Shown piece by piece: positions 20,596-32,512 of a stretch of 64,000 nucleotides of DNA (position 1 is the first letter of the stretch; each line of letters starts with the position of its first letter). The position numbers were made by a program, and so were the translations under genes. Source of the DNA: Planctomycetota bacterium (GTDB lineage: Bacteria > Planctomycetota > PLA2 > JAEUHO01); contig JBFWRP010000011.1 of the NCBI GenBank assembly GCA_050248855.1, positions 1 to 64,000 on the forward strand, given 5' to 3'. The notes under the pieces were generated by a model that saw nothing but the letters and a program-made list of their open reading frames with translations, was not told where the DNA came from and made no database searches.

Positions 20596-21939
20596 CTAGG
20601 CTTCACCGTCGTGGAGGGCGGGCCCCTCGTCGGGCAGCGGCTCCACGCGCACGCCTTCCAAGCGCAGACGCTCGGCCTGCGGGCGGCTCAAGAGCACGTC
20701 GACTTCGACGTGTTCGGCGCCGTAACGCACGTCGAGGATCTCCCCCAGGCCGCGGACGCGGGCCAGGAGCTTGCCTGCACCCGGATCGAGCGTGATTCGC
20801 CATTCCGCGTGGCGGCGGAGGACATAGTGGTACACGGCCTCGGCGAGCGCGCCCAGGCCCTCGCCCGTCACGGCGCTGGTACGCACGGCGCCGGGCAGAC
20901 GGTCTTCCAGCACCCGCAGGGCGAGCGGGTCGCGGACACGGTCGACCTGGTTCAAGACCACGATGCGCGGTACGCCGCCGGCCTCGATCGCAGACAGCGT
21001 CTGCTCGACGATCTCCACGTGCTCGAGGGCGTCGGGATCGCCGGCATCGACGACGTGCAGCAACAGGTCCGCGGCGCGCGCCTCCTCGAGCGTCGCCCGG
21101 AAGCTGCTGACCAGGTGGTGCGGCAAGTCGCGAATGAAGCCGACGGTGTCGCTCAGGAAGATGCGCTTGCCGGGCACGACCTCCCAGGCCCGCGTCGTGG
21201 TGTCGAGCGTGGCGAAGAGACGGTCTTGGACGAATACGTCGGCGCCCGTGAGGGCCCGGAGCAGCGTGCTCTTGCCGGCGTTCGTGTAGCCGACGAGGCA
21301 CGCGGTGAACCAGCGCGAGCGGCCGCGCGCTTGGCGCATCTTGTGCGCCTCCATCGACTCCAGGCTGCGCCGCAGGTCGCGGATGCGCGTGCGGACGAGG
21401 CGGCGGTCCGTCTCGATCTGCTTCTCGCCGGGGCCGCGCACGCCGATGCCGACGCGTCCCCCACCCACCTCGCGGTTGAGGTGCGTCCAAAGCCGCTTCA
21501 GCCGCGGCAGCGCGTACTCCATCTGGGCCAGCTCGACCTGGGCCTTGGCCATGGCCGTGCGCGCCCGGCGCACGAAGATGTCCAGGATGAGCTCGGTGCG
21601 GTCGATGACGCGCGTGCCCCCGATCGCCTTCTCCAGGTTTCGGGCCTGCGAAGGGCTCAGGTCGTGATCCACGATCACGAGGTCGGCCTCGTGCTGCTTG
21701 ACGAGACCGGCGACCTCTTCGGCCTTCCCCTTGCCGAGGAACGTCTTGGGATCCGGCCGATCGCGACGCTGCAGGACACGGTCCACCGTGTCGGCGCCCG
21801 CCGTGTCGGCGAGCCGGCCGAGCTCCTCGAGGGGCTCTTGCCAAGAGGGGGGCTGGTCGGGCAGCACGAGGCCCACGAGGATCGCGCGCTCCCGACGGTC
21901 GGCGTGCTGGCGGAACGCGCTCGGCTTGTCGAGCTTCAT
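20596..21939 (-). CDS. hflX: GTPase HflX
   Basis: IDRTELILDIF, GPGEKQIETDRR, GYTNAGKS, LFATLDTT, DTVGFI; ATG overlaps the nadB stop. Confidence 0.97.
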   Translation of the reverse strand: MKLDKPSAFRQHADRRERAILVGLVLPDQPPSWQEPLEELGRLADTAGADTVDRVLQRRDRPDPKTFLGKGKAEEVAGLVKQHEADLVIVDHDLSPSQARNLEKAIGGTRVIDRTELILDIFVRRARTAMAKAQVELAQMEYALPRLKRLWTHLNREVGGGRVGIGVRGPGEKQIETDRRLVRTRIRDLRRSLESMEAHKMRQARGRSRWFTACLVGYTNAGKSTLLRALTGADVFVQDRLFATLDTTTRAWEVVPGKRIFLSDTVGFIRDLPHHLVSSFRATLEEARAADLLLHVVDAGDPDALEHVEIVEQTLSAIEAGGVPRIVVLNQVDRVRDPLALRVLEDRLPGAVRTSAVTGEGLGALAEAVYHYVLRRHAEWRITLDPGAGKLLARVRGLGEILDVRYGAEHVEVDVLLSRPQAERLRLEGVRVEPLPDEGPALHDGEA

Positions 21940-23618
21940 GCGCTTGCTTCGTTCTCCAAGACAGCGGCCGCCGGAAGCGGCACGACCTCGACGGGCTTTC
22001 CGCGCTTGTGGACGATGTGCGCGCGCCACCGGTCGTCGTCCCGCTCGGGGGCATCGCGCCGCGCGTGGGTGCCGCGGCTCTCCTCGCGCAGGAGCGCGCT
22101 GGTGACCACGCCCTCGGCCACGCCCAACATGTTGATCAAGGCCAAGCGAGCCGGGTCGTCCGCACCGACGCGCTCGGCGAACCGGCGCCATGCGGCGATC
22201 GCGCCCGCCGCTCCCTCCAGGTGACCGGCGCTGCGCAGGATGCCCGCCTCGCGCCAGAGCAGGGCCTTGAGCGAGGCGCGCAAGTCGTCGACGTCGATGA
22301 CGCCCGTCGCGCTCCCGGTGCCGTCACCCCGCAAACGGCGCGGGCGAGCGGGCTCCGTGCGCGCGTACACCGCCGCCGCGGCGCCCGCGCGGCGCCCCAG
22401 GACGAGGCCCTCGAGCAGGCTGTTGGACGCCAACCGGTTGGCGCCGTGCAACCCGGAGCTGCTGGCCTCGCCGGCAGCGAACAGGCCCCGCACGTCCGAG
22501 GCGCCGTCCAGGTCCGTGCGCACGCCGCCGATGCAGTAGTGGGCCGCAGGGCGGATCGGGATGCGGTCGCGGCCGATGTCCAGACCGTGCGCCGCGCAGG
22601 ACCGGGCAACACCCGGGAAGCGGCGCGCGATGCGCCCGGCCTCCAGGTGGCGCAGGTCCAGGAACACGCCCGTGACCTCCGGACGCTGGAGATGCGCCAT
22701 GATGAGGCGCGAGATCACGTCGCGCGGAGCCAGCTCGCCCCGGCTGTCGGCATCCAGCACGAAGCGCCGGCCCTGGTCGTCGACGATGTGGGCACCTTCG
22801 CCCCGGACGGCTTCGGTGATGAGGAGTCGCGGTACGCCGGCTAGGTACAGCGTGGTCGGGTGGAACTGCACGAACTCGAGGTCACGCACGCTGGCGCCGG
22901 CGCGCCAAGCGGCCATGACGCCATCGCCGGTGGCGCCGGCGACGTTCGTGCTCTCGCGGTAGATCTGGGCATAGCCGCCGGTGGCCAGCACGACGGCGCC
23001 CGCCCAGATCACGCGCAGATGGCCCTTGGAGTGCACCAAGGCACCCCGGCACACGCCCTCGTCGTCGGTGACGAGGTCCACCAGGAAGGCATCCGACCAG
23101 GCGGTCACGTCGGCGCGCGAGCGGACGAGCCGTTCGAGCGTGACCCGGATCTCGGCCCCGGTCGCGTCTCCCCCGGCATGGAGGATGCGCGGGCGCGAGT
23201 GGCCGCCCTCCAGCCCGCGGGCGATGTCCCCGTCCTCGTCGCGGTCGAAGCGGGCGCCGGCCTCCAGCAGCTCGAGCACACGGTCGTCGGCCTCCTCCGT
23301 GACGACCCGTACGACCTCTTCGTCGCAAAGGCCGCAGCCCACCTCGAGCGTGTCCTTGGCGTGGAGCGCCGCACTGTCCCGGCGTGCGCCCGCGTCATCC
23401 CCGTCGCCCAGGACCGCGGCCACGCCGCCCTGGGCCCACGCCGTGTTGCAGACCTCGAAAGGACCCTTGGCGAGGAGGTGGACGCGCAAGCCGGCGTCCA
23501 GGGCGGCAAGAGCCGCGCTCGCTCCGGCCACGCCAGCCCCCACCACCAGCACCTCGGCCATGTGCTGGGGCAGGCGGAACGTGTCGAAAGGGAGGAGGTA
23601 GCGCGGGCCGGAGTCCAT
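21936..23618 (-). CDS. nadB: L-aspartate oxidase
   Basis: AQGGVA, EGGHSRPRILH, EFVQFHPT, LITEAVRGEG, ELAPRDV, HGANRLASNSLLE, ESRG. Confidence 0.95.
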   Translation of the reverse strand: MDSGPRYLLPFDTFRLPQHMAEVLVVGAGVAGASAALAALDAGLRVHLLAKGPFEVCNTAWAQGGVAAVLGDGDDAGARRDSAALHAKDTLEVGCGLCDEEVVRVVTEEADDRVLELLEAGARFDRDEDGDIARGLEGGHSRPRILHAGGDATGAEIRVTLERLVRSRADVTAWSDAFLVDLVTDDEGVCRGALVHSKGHLRVIWAGAVVLATGGYAQIYRESTNVAGATGDGVMAAWRAGASVRDLEFVQFHPTTLYLAGVPRLLITEAVRGEGAHIVDDQGRRFVLDADSRGELAPRDVISRLIMAHLQRPEVTGVFLDLRHLEAGRIARRFPGVARSCAAHGLDIGRDRIPIRPAAHYCIGGVRTDLDGASDVRGLFAAGEASSSGLHGANRLASNSLLEGLVLGRRAGAAAAVYARTEPARPRRLRGDGTGSATGVIDVDDLRASLKALLWREAGILRSAGHLEGAAGAIAAWRRFAERVGADDPARLALINMLGVAEGVVTSALLREESRGTHARRDAPERDDDRWRAHIVHKRGKPVEVVPLPAAAVLENEASA

Positions 23619-23744
23619 CCGGAGGGAGGATAGCCGCGGCCGGCTGGACGCACCTGCCGGGGTGCGGGGGAAGGGCCGACAGGATCTGCAAGGACCCGCC
23701 AGCGGGGATCGCAACGGCAAGGCGCCCGAGGGCAGGGCGCGAGA

Positions 23745-23821
23745 TGGTGGAGGCGAGGGGATTCGAACCCCTGACCCCCGGCTTGCAAAGCCGGTGCTCT
23801 AGCCAGCTGAGCTACGCCCCC
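23745..23821 (-). tRNA. tRNA-Ala(TGC)
   Basis: 77-nt cloverleaf GGGGGCG...CGCCTCC-A-CCA with G3:U70; anticodon TGC. Confidence 0.97.
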
Positions 23822-23928
23822 ATGGCGCGCGGCACTCTACCTACAGCCCCTGGCAATGGCACCGCGGAACGGGGTGCGGCAAACCGGGACGACGATGTCA
23901 CGCCCCCCGTGCAGGCGGGGCGAGGAGA

Positions 23929-24005
23929 TGGTGGGCGTACTTGGACTCGAACCAAGGACCTCAGCCTTATCAGGGCTGCGCTCTAGCCAGCTGAGCTATA
24001 CGCCC
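23929..24005 (-). tRNA. tRNA-Ile(GAT)
   Basis: 77-nt cloverleaf GGGCGTA...TACGCCC-A-CCA; anticodon loop CT-GAT-AA. Confidence 0.97.
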
Positions 24006-24016
24006 GAAGGGGCGGG

Positions 24017-24044
24017 AGTCTACCCCCGCAGCCACGTGCGGCAA
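24017..24044 (-). promoter_or_regulatory. Putative promoter of tRNA-Ile
   Basis: TTGCCG-16 nt-TAGACT, 11 nt upstream of the tRNA. Confidence 0.5.
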
Positions 24045-24080
24045 GCACGGGCCCGCCCCGGGAGGCCGGAGCCGCCGGTC

Positions 24081-24124
24081 AAAAACGACACGAGCCGCGC
24101 GACGCTGACGTCACGCGGCTCGTG
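24081..24124 (-). terminator. Intrinsic terminator after 5S rRNA
   Basis: Stem cacgagccgcg/cgcggctcgtg followed by TCGTTTTT on the minus strand. Confidence 0.7.
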
Positions 24125-24133
24125 GAAGAAAAC

Positions 24134-24244
24134 GCCCGGCGTTGACCTACTTTCCCGCCGCAAGGCAGTATCATCGGCCCCAAGGGCTTAACGGCCGAGT
24201 TCGGAATGGGATCGGGTGTGGCCCCTTGGGTGTGGACACCGGGC
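24134..24244 (-). rRNA. rrf: 5S rRNA (~111 nt, short type)
   Basis: CACCCGATCCCATTCCGAACTCGGCCGTTAAG and AAAGTAGGTCAACG; paired ends. Confidence 0.95.
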
Positions 24245-24902
24245 AAAGCTGCTCGGCGAAGCCCGTCGCGCGGTCGCGCAGACCTCGAGAGGTCGCAAGA
24301 CCGGAAGCGAGCGGGACTCGCCCTGGAAGAAGTGAGTGGGGACCGAAGGGTCCGATTTCCGCTGGACGGTAGAAGCACGAATCGCCACTACGAGTCGAGT
24401 GTGATCGTCTCGTGGATCGGACCTCGGGCGGTTTGCGAACGCACTGGCTCTGACGAGCAAGCGCGCGTCGCGTGCCACCCAGGCAACGCGATCTCCCTTC
24501 CGGGCCCTGCCCCCTCGCGGTCGGCGAACCGACAGCAGGAAGCGATGCCCACGCCCCTGCAACGCAGGGAACGGGACGCATCGGGCGTCAGAAGGGAAAG
24601 TGGTCAAGCCAATCGGCTGATTAGTACCAGTCCGCTGAACACATTGCTGTGCTTACACGCCTGGCCTATCGACGTCGTAGTCTTCGACGAGCCTGATGGG
24701 GAAAACTAGTTTTGAAGAGGGCTTCACGCTTAGATGCTTTCAGCGTTTATCCTTTCCGGACATAGCTACCCGGCACTACCGCTAGCGCGATAACCGGCAC
24801 ACCAGAGGTCCGTCCAACCAAATCCTCTCGTACTAAGGTCAGACCTTCTCAGTTTTCCTACACCCACGGCAGATAGGGACCGACCTGACTCACGTCGGTC
24901 TG

Positions 24903-24954
<52 letters not shown>

Positions 24955-24958
24955 CCTA

Positions 24959-25001
<43 letters not shown>

Positions 25002-25524
25002 ATCGTCGATATGGACTCTTGGATGGGATCAGCCTGTTATCCCCGGAGTACCTTTTGTCTGATGAGCGACGCCCCTTCCACTCGGAAGCGCCGGATCACT
25101 AAGGCCGACTTTCGTCTCTGCTCGACCCATCGGTCTCGCAGTCAAGCACCCTTATACCTTTACGCTCTACGCACGATTGCCAACCGTACTGAGGGTACCT
25201 TTGCGCTCCTCCGTTACCCTTTAGGAGGAGACCTCCCCAGCCAAACTGCCCACCTAGCACTGTCCCTGTCCCGGATTCACGGGATCAGGTTAGAAGTCAA
25301 ACGCCACAAGGCTGGTATTTCACTGATGTCTCCCTCGGATCTAGCGATCCTTGGTACGAACGACTCCCAGCTATGCTACACATGTGACGGCTAACGCCAA
25401 TACTAGGCTACAGTAAAGGTTCACGGGGTCTTTCCGTCTAGCCGCGGGTTCATGGTATTTTCACCACAACTACAGTTTCACCGAGTCCATCGCTGAGACA
25501 GTTGAGCTGTCATTACGCTATTCA

Positions 25525-25559
<35 letters not shown>

Positions 25560-26293
25560 CGGATGCTCCCATCCCGTTTCCGGGAGGGCCGGACTCTATC
25601 TTGATCGACCACGATTCATCCCGGCCGCGATACCGCGGATCGTCTCGATCCCGGCCTCGGCCAGATGCTCGCCCGCTTCCATCATCAGGAGCACGCGGCG
25701 GAACTTCTCGAAGTCCTGCCGCTTTCCTGACTTGAGCGGGTGCTTGACGAAGAACGGAACGATGCGCTCCAAGAGGTGCTGGCGATCCCTGACCCGGTAG
25801 GCCAGTCGATCACCGTGGTTCTTGCGAACCACACCGCACTGGAACCACGCCTTCAAGGCGTGGAGCAGCTGCGCATCGCGCTCGTGCTGCACGACGGTGA
25901 ACTCGGGCAGGACCTGGAAGCCTGCCGACATGCCCTCATGCCGGCTGATGCCGACATGAAAGCAGCCTTCACCGTCCACGAAGCCTACGATCCATTGTGC
26001 GTCAAGGTTCATCGGTCGATCCCGAACGTGTAGTCTCTGAGGGTTCCCTCGCAGAAGGGCCTTCCCTGCGGATTGTCCCCGTCGCCTGGCCGCCGCCCCG
26101 CACGTGCCGGAGCACGTGGCGAGGCCGACGATCCAGGACCTGTCCGCCGGATTGTTACTGCCGAGACGGAGCATGTCGCCCGAAGAGCGACAGACCCTGC
26201 GTCCCGACGAGTACCGGACGGCTGTCGAGGATGTTCCCGCATATAGTTCGGTTTTACTAAGGCCGCGTGGCTTCCTTGGACCACGTTGACTCA
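25560..26293 (-). mobile_element. Group I intron at 23S position L1931 (734 nt)
   Basis: Splits CCUAAGGU|AGCGAAAUUCC; ends in G; IGS GCCUUAG; P3 CCGAAC/GUUCGG; Q AAUCCGCAG; R UCAGAGACUACA; S AAGAUAGAGUCC. Confidence 0.95.
25596..26012 (-). CDS. Single-motif LAGLIDADG homing endonuclease (138 aa)
   Basis: WIVGFVDGEGCF, FTVVQH, IVPFFVKHPL, KRQDFEKF; lies between intron elements R and S. Confidence 0.95.
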   Translation of the reverse strand: MNLDAQWIVGFVDGEGCFHVGISRHEGMSAGFQVLPEFTVVQHERDAQLLHALKAWFQCGVVRKNHGDRLAYRVRDRQHLLERIVPFFVKHPLKSGKRQDFEKFRRVLLMMEAGEHLAEAGIETIRGIAAGMNRGRSR

Positions 26294-27126
26294 ACCTTAG
26301 GACCGTCATAGTTACGGCCGCTGTTTAACGGGGCTTGGGTTCGGAGCTTCGGCTTGCGCCTGACCCCTTGCTTTAACCTTCCGTCACTGAGCAAGCGTCA
26401 GTCTGTATACATCGGCTTGCGCCTTGGCACAGACCTGTGTTTTTGATAAACAGTTGCAGCTCACCTTTCACTGCGACCCCCCGAAGCCTTCCGTCGCGAA
26501 GACCTGAACTTCAGAGGGCACTCCTTATCCCGAAGTTACGGAGCTAATTTGCCGAGTTCCTTAGCGATGGTTCTCTCGAGCGCCTTAGGATTTTCACCCC
26601 ACCCACCTGTGTCGGTTTGCGGTACGGACGGCTATTGCGAAATCGCGAAGCTTTTCTCGGAAGCATGGCGTCAGCACCTTCGGCCAAAAGAGGCCTCCCC
26701 ATCACGTCTCAGGCGTATGAGGTGCGGATTTGCCTACACCTCGCCCTACTCGCTTGGACCGGGACGTCTAGCACCCGGCGCGCCTAGCCTTCTTCACCCC
26801 TCCTCGATCACATGCAACAGCCGGTACAGGAATATTGACCTGTTGTCCATCGACTACGCCTTTCGGCCTCGCCTTAGGATCCGACTAACCCTGGGCGGAT
26901 TTACCTTCCCCAGGAAACCTTGGGTTTTCGGCGATGCAGATTCTCACTGCATTTCTCGTTACTCGTGCCCGCATACGCACTAGGACATCGTCCACCAGTC
27001 CTCACGGTCTGGCTTCAACCTATCGTCCTACGCTCGCCTACCCCGTCCAAGACCCTCAGGTCCTGGACAGCCGTAGCTTCGGTTCCATGCTTAGTCCCGT
27101 TTATTATCGGCGCAGAAATGCTCGAC

Positions 27127-27180
<54 letters not shown>

Positions 27181-28517
27181 GCTGTCTTTGCACTTCCACT
27201 TCCTTATGCACTTAGCATGGATCTGGGACCTTAGCTGACGGTCTGGGCTGTTCCCCTCTCGTCGAAGGACCTTATCGCCCAACGACTCACTGCCGCGGTA
27301 CAATCACCGGTATTCGGAGTTTGGTTAGGTAGGGTAGGATTGCTCCCCCCTATCCCGATCAGTATCTCTACCCCCGGCGATCAATGGCGCGACGCTGCCC
27401 CTAAAGGCATTTCGGCGAGAACCAGATATCGATGAGTTTGACTGGCCTTTTACCCCCAACCACAGGTCATCGGAAAACTTTTCACCGTTTACCCGTTCGG
27501 ACCTCCACGCCCTGTTACAGGCGCTTCATCCTGCCCATGGTTAGATCACTCATCTTCGGGTCTAATCCCCACGACTTGGACGCGCTATTCGCACTCGCTT
27601 TCGCTGCGGCTCCGAGCCTGAAGCTCTTAACCTTGCCGTGAAGATTAACTCGCGGGCCCATTATGCAAAAGGTACGCGGTCACCCCGCACGAAGCATGGG
27701 GCTCCCACAGAATGTAGGTACATGGTTTCAGGGACTGTTTCACTCCCCTAACAGGGGTTCTTTTCACCATTTTCGCTCACGCTACTGGTTCGCTATCGGT
27801 CGCTAGGGAGTATTTAGCCTTGGGGGGTGGTCCCCCCGGATTCAGGCCGGGTTTCACGTGTCCGACCCTACTCGGGTGCCGAATCAGGAGAGCCACTTGT
27901 TTCGTCTACGGGGCTATCACCCTCTATGGCGTTCTTTCCAGCGTGCTTCGACTACAAGTGACTTTGTTGACTCCTGCCGGTAGCCAGCCTACCGGGCATC
28001 GGTCCCACGACACCCCGTGCACAACGCTGCTGGGCTTGCATGCACGAGGTTTAGGCTCTGTCCGCTTCGCTCGCCGCTACTGGGGACATCGAGGTTTCTT
28101 TATGTTCCTGCGGCTACTAAGATGTTTCAGTTCACCGCGTTGGCTCCACTTGGCTATGCATTCACCAAGCAGTGGTAGGGAATTTACCCCTACCGCGTTT
28201 CCGCATTCGGAGATCCCCGGATCAAAGGTTGTTTGCACCTCCCCGAGGCTTATCGCAGCTGACCACGTCCTTCATCGCCTCCTAGCGCCAAGGCATCCAC
28301 CATGCACCCTTGGTAGCTTGACCACGGAAGCTGTATTCCGAGCCGACACCGTCATCGGACGGCGCGCTTCCACGGGATTCGACTCCCATGGACGCCTGGC
28401 TCGACTTCCGAAGCCCGCTCCAACGAGAATGCTCGAGCACAACTCGACTCGTTCGTGTTGTGGCAATTCATGTTGAACCTGGCGGAAATCTGGAGCTCTT
28501 TCGAGCCCCCACTCACA

Positions 28518-28528
28518 TGTCAAAGACC
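28518..28528 (-). promoter_or_regulatory. boxA-like antitermination element in the ITS
   Basis: GGTCTTTGACA; matching GGTCCTTGACA in the 16S leader at 30444-30454. Confidence 0.55.
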
Positions 28529-28706
28529 CTTCCGGCGCCCCGCAGGGTCCGCCGCTGTCCGCCGCGGACGCACGAGGCCGGCAACCTGTTCGGCTGCCGG
28601 CCCGCAGTGCTTCGACGCGGTGGTCGAAGGAACGAGATGGCCCTGGACGCTAGGGAAGGCGGCCGAATACGACGACCCGTCGTTTCCGACAGGTCGAAGT
28701 CTAGTC

Positions 28707-30272
<1,566 letters not shown>

Positions 30273-30698
30273 TTGAAACTGTCTTTCGCGCGCTGACCGC
30301 CGGACGAGCCGGCGACCGCGCACGGGTCTTTGTTCAAGGCTTCTCACGTATTGGGGCCCACCGCTCCCTCGAGGGGAACGGCAGACTTGTGTGCAAGACG
30401 CGAGAAGGCCTCGCCTTCCCACGTCTCAGGGCCATCTCGAAAGTGTCAAGGACCGTGCCGCCGGTCGTTCCGGCGGGCGCGGGAACCGCGTGCGCTTGGC
30501 GCGTGGCTCCCGACGGCGAGCGGAGGAAGATACCGACTCGCCAGGGCGCACCAACGGATTTCCGAGAAGATTTCCGAGGCGGTTTCGGGCGCACGCGCCA
30601 GCCCGTCTCGTGTCCCTTGGGGGGGCTTCTCGGGACCCGTCGGAGCGCCTCGCGAGAGGCTTTCCCAACGCAGTCCCGGAAGGTAGTCGGTTTGCCCC

Positions 30699-31442
30699 AT
30701 GACGTCTAGTGGATCCCGAGTGTTTTTGCCTTCCCGCGGCGGCCCCTGGCCGGATTCCGTCCCCGCCGACTACGGCCGGAGAGAGCCCTTGGATCCGGCC
30801 TCCGCGGCCGCCCTGGACCGCGCGGCCCAGGAAGACCACGGGGTCCCGGGTCTCGTGCTGATGGAGCTGGCCGCCCGGGGCGTCGCGGAGGTGGCCACTT
30901 GGCTGCTCGGACCGGGCTCGAGAGCGCTGGTCGTGTGCGGCCGCGGCAACAACGGCGGAGATGGGCTCGCCGTCGCCCGCAACCTGCTCGCCTGGGGCCA
31001 TCCCGTGGACGTCGTGCTTCTCCATGGCCCCCCCACCACGCCGGACGCCCGGCGCGAGGCCGAGGCGGCACGCACGGCAGGGATCGCGCTCGCCGACGCA
31101 ACGCAGGACGATCTCGCCCTGGCCCGCGCCCTCGAGGGGAAGCCCGATCTCGTCGTGGACGCGATCTTCGGCATCGGCCTCACCCGGGAGCTCTCGAGCA
31201 GCGACGTCGCGACGCTCGAGCTGCTGCGTGGCACGCGGGTGCCCGTGCTCGCGGTCGACGTCCCTTCGGGCCTTCACGCGGGTACGGGCAAGCCGCTGCC
31301 CGTTGCACTGCGTGCCCTGATCACGGCGACGATGGTGGCGCCGAAGACGGGCTTCGCCCGCGCGCGTGACGTCGTGGGTCACGTGGTGTGCGTGGACATC
31401 GGTCTGCCACCGAGCCTGTTGCCGCCGCGCGTGGAGGGGTGA
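30699..31442 (+). CDS. nnrE: NAD(P)H-hydrate epimerase (stand-alone YjeF-N)
   Basis: LMELAARG, CGRGNNGGDG, VDAIFGIG, AVDVPSGL, VDIGLP. Confidence 0.92.
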   Translation: MTSSGSRVFLPSRGGPWPDSVPADYGRREPLDPASAAALDRAAQEDHGVPGLVLMELAARGVAEVATWLLGPGSRALVVCGRGNNGGDGLAVARNLLAWGHPVDVVLLHGPPTTPDARREAEAARTAGIALADATQDDLALARALEGKPDLVVDAIFGIGLTRELSSSDVATLELLRGTRVPVLAVDVPSGLHAGTGKPLPVALRALITATMVAPKTGFARARDVVGHVVCVDIGLPPSLLPPRVEG

Positions 31443-31499
31443 CGTGGCCGAGTGCTCGAGCGCGAAGCTCGAGCGTGAAGCGATCCTGCGTGCGCTTTG

Positions 31500-32512
31500 C
31501 TCGGGCTCGGTTGCCGAAGTGCGACCCTCGCTGGCCGGCGAACCGCGACTTCTGCGTGTCAGCTCTTCATGCCGACGGCAAGGCCCGTACGCGTCTCGAT
31601 GCGCGCGGCACCCCCTCCCATGGAGGCGTGGCTGTCCTGTCCGAGGCCGGAGTCCAGGCACCTTCCATTGCAGTCACGAGGCGCGCGGAGGTGTCTGAAC
31701 CCGTGCCTCGGAGCACCGTGAGGGGTGCAGGGGGGGGTACGGAATAGCCCCCCTGCTGCGTAGGCGGAGCCGGAGCACCGAATCCGCGCGGGAGCGCGGA
31801 ACAACTGCTCTGCGGCGCTCCAAGCAAGCTTCCCCTTGCGCGGGCGGCAGACGGCGGAACGAGACAGCCCTCCTGCCGCGAGGGCGTAGCCCGATCGCCG
31901 AGTCCGCGCGTGAGCGCGGAACGATCCGCGGTGCTCTGCGCCTCGCTTCGGGCCCCGAAGCGCGACGTTCGCCGGCCGGCGTACCGCGACCCCTGCGTGT
32001 CAGGCACCTCGCCCACGTTGCCGCTGCGCGGCGCCGCGGCGAGGGTCCTGACACATCCGGGTTCGCTGCGACCCCGCAGTTCGCCGGCCGGCGTACCGCG
32101 ACCCCTGCGTGTCAGGCACCTCGCCCACGTTGCCGCTGCGCGGCGCCGCGGCGAGGGTCCTGACACATCCGGGTTCGCTGCGACACCGCAGTTCGCCGGC
32201 CGGCGTACCGCGATCCCTGCGTGTCAGTTCTTCATGCCGACGGCAAAGCCCGTACGCGTCTCGATGCGCGCGGCACCCCCTCCCATGGAAGCGTGGCTGT
32301 CCTGTCCGAGCCCGGAGTTCAGGCACCTTCCATTGCAGGCACCTCGCCCACGTTGCCGCTGCGCGGCGCCGCGGCGAGGGTCCTGACACATCCGGGCTCG
32401 CTCCGACACCGCCGTTCGTCGTCCGTCGGACCGCAACCCCTGCGTGTCAGGCACCTCGCCCACGTTGCCGCTGCGCGGCGCCGCGGCGAGGGTCCTGACA
32501 CATCCGGGGTCG
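31500..32512. repeat. ~1-kb mosaic of repeat units A, B and C (BIME-like)
   Basis: B 31556-31673 and 32221-32338; C rc ~31678-31923; A at 32001, 32113, 32336, 32448 (112-bp period within pairs). Confidence 0.92.

Noticed and set aside
26013..26309. 99-residue N-terminal extension of the homing endonuclease
   Set aside because: It runs through the 5' exon and ribozyme core; family similarity begins at MNLDAQW (26012).
28370..28391. T-arm-like hairpin (gggattcgactccc) in the 16S-23S ITS as a tRNA
   Set aside because: No acceptor, D or anticodon arm and no CCA; at most a remnant or processing hairpin.
32001..32508. CRISPR array (identical 61-bp repeats with ~51-bp gaps)
   Set aside because: Repeats are too long, the gaps resemble each other, copies are dispersed elsewhere in the window, and no cas genes are present.
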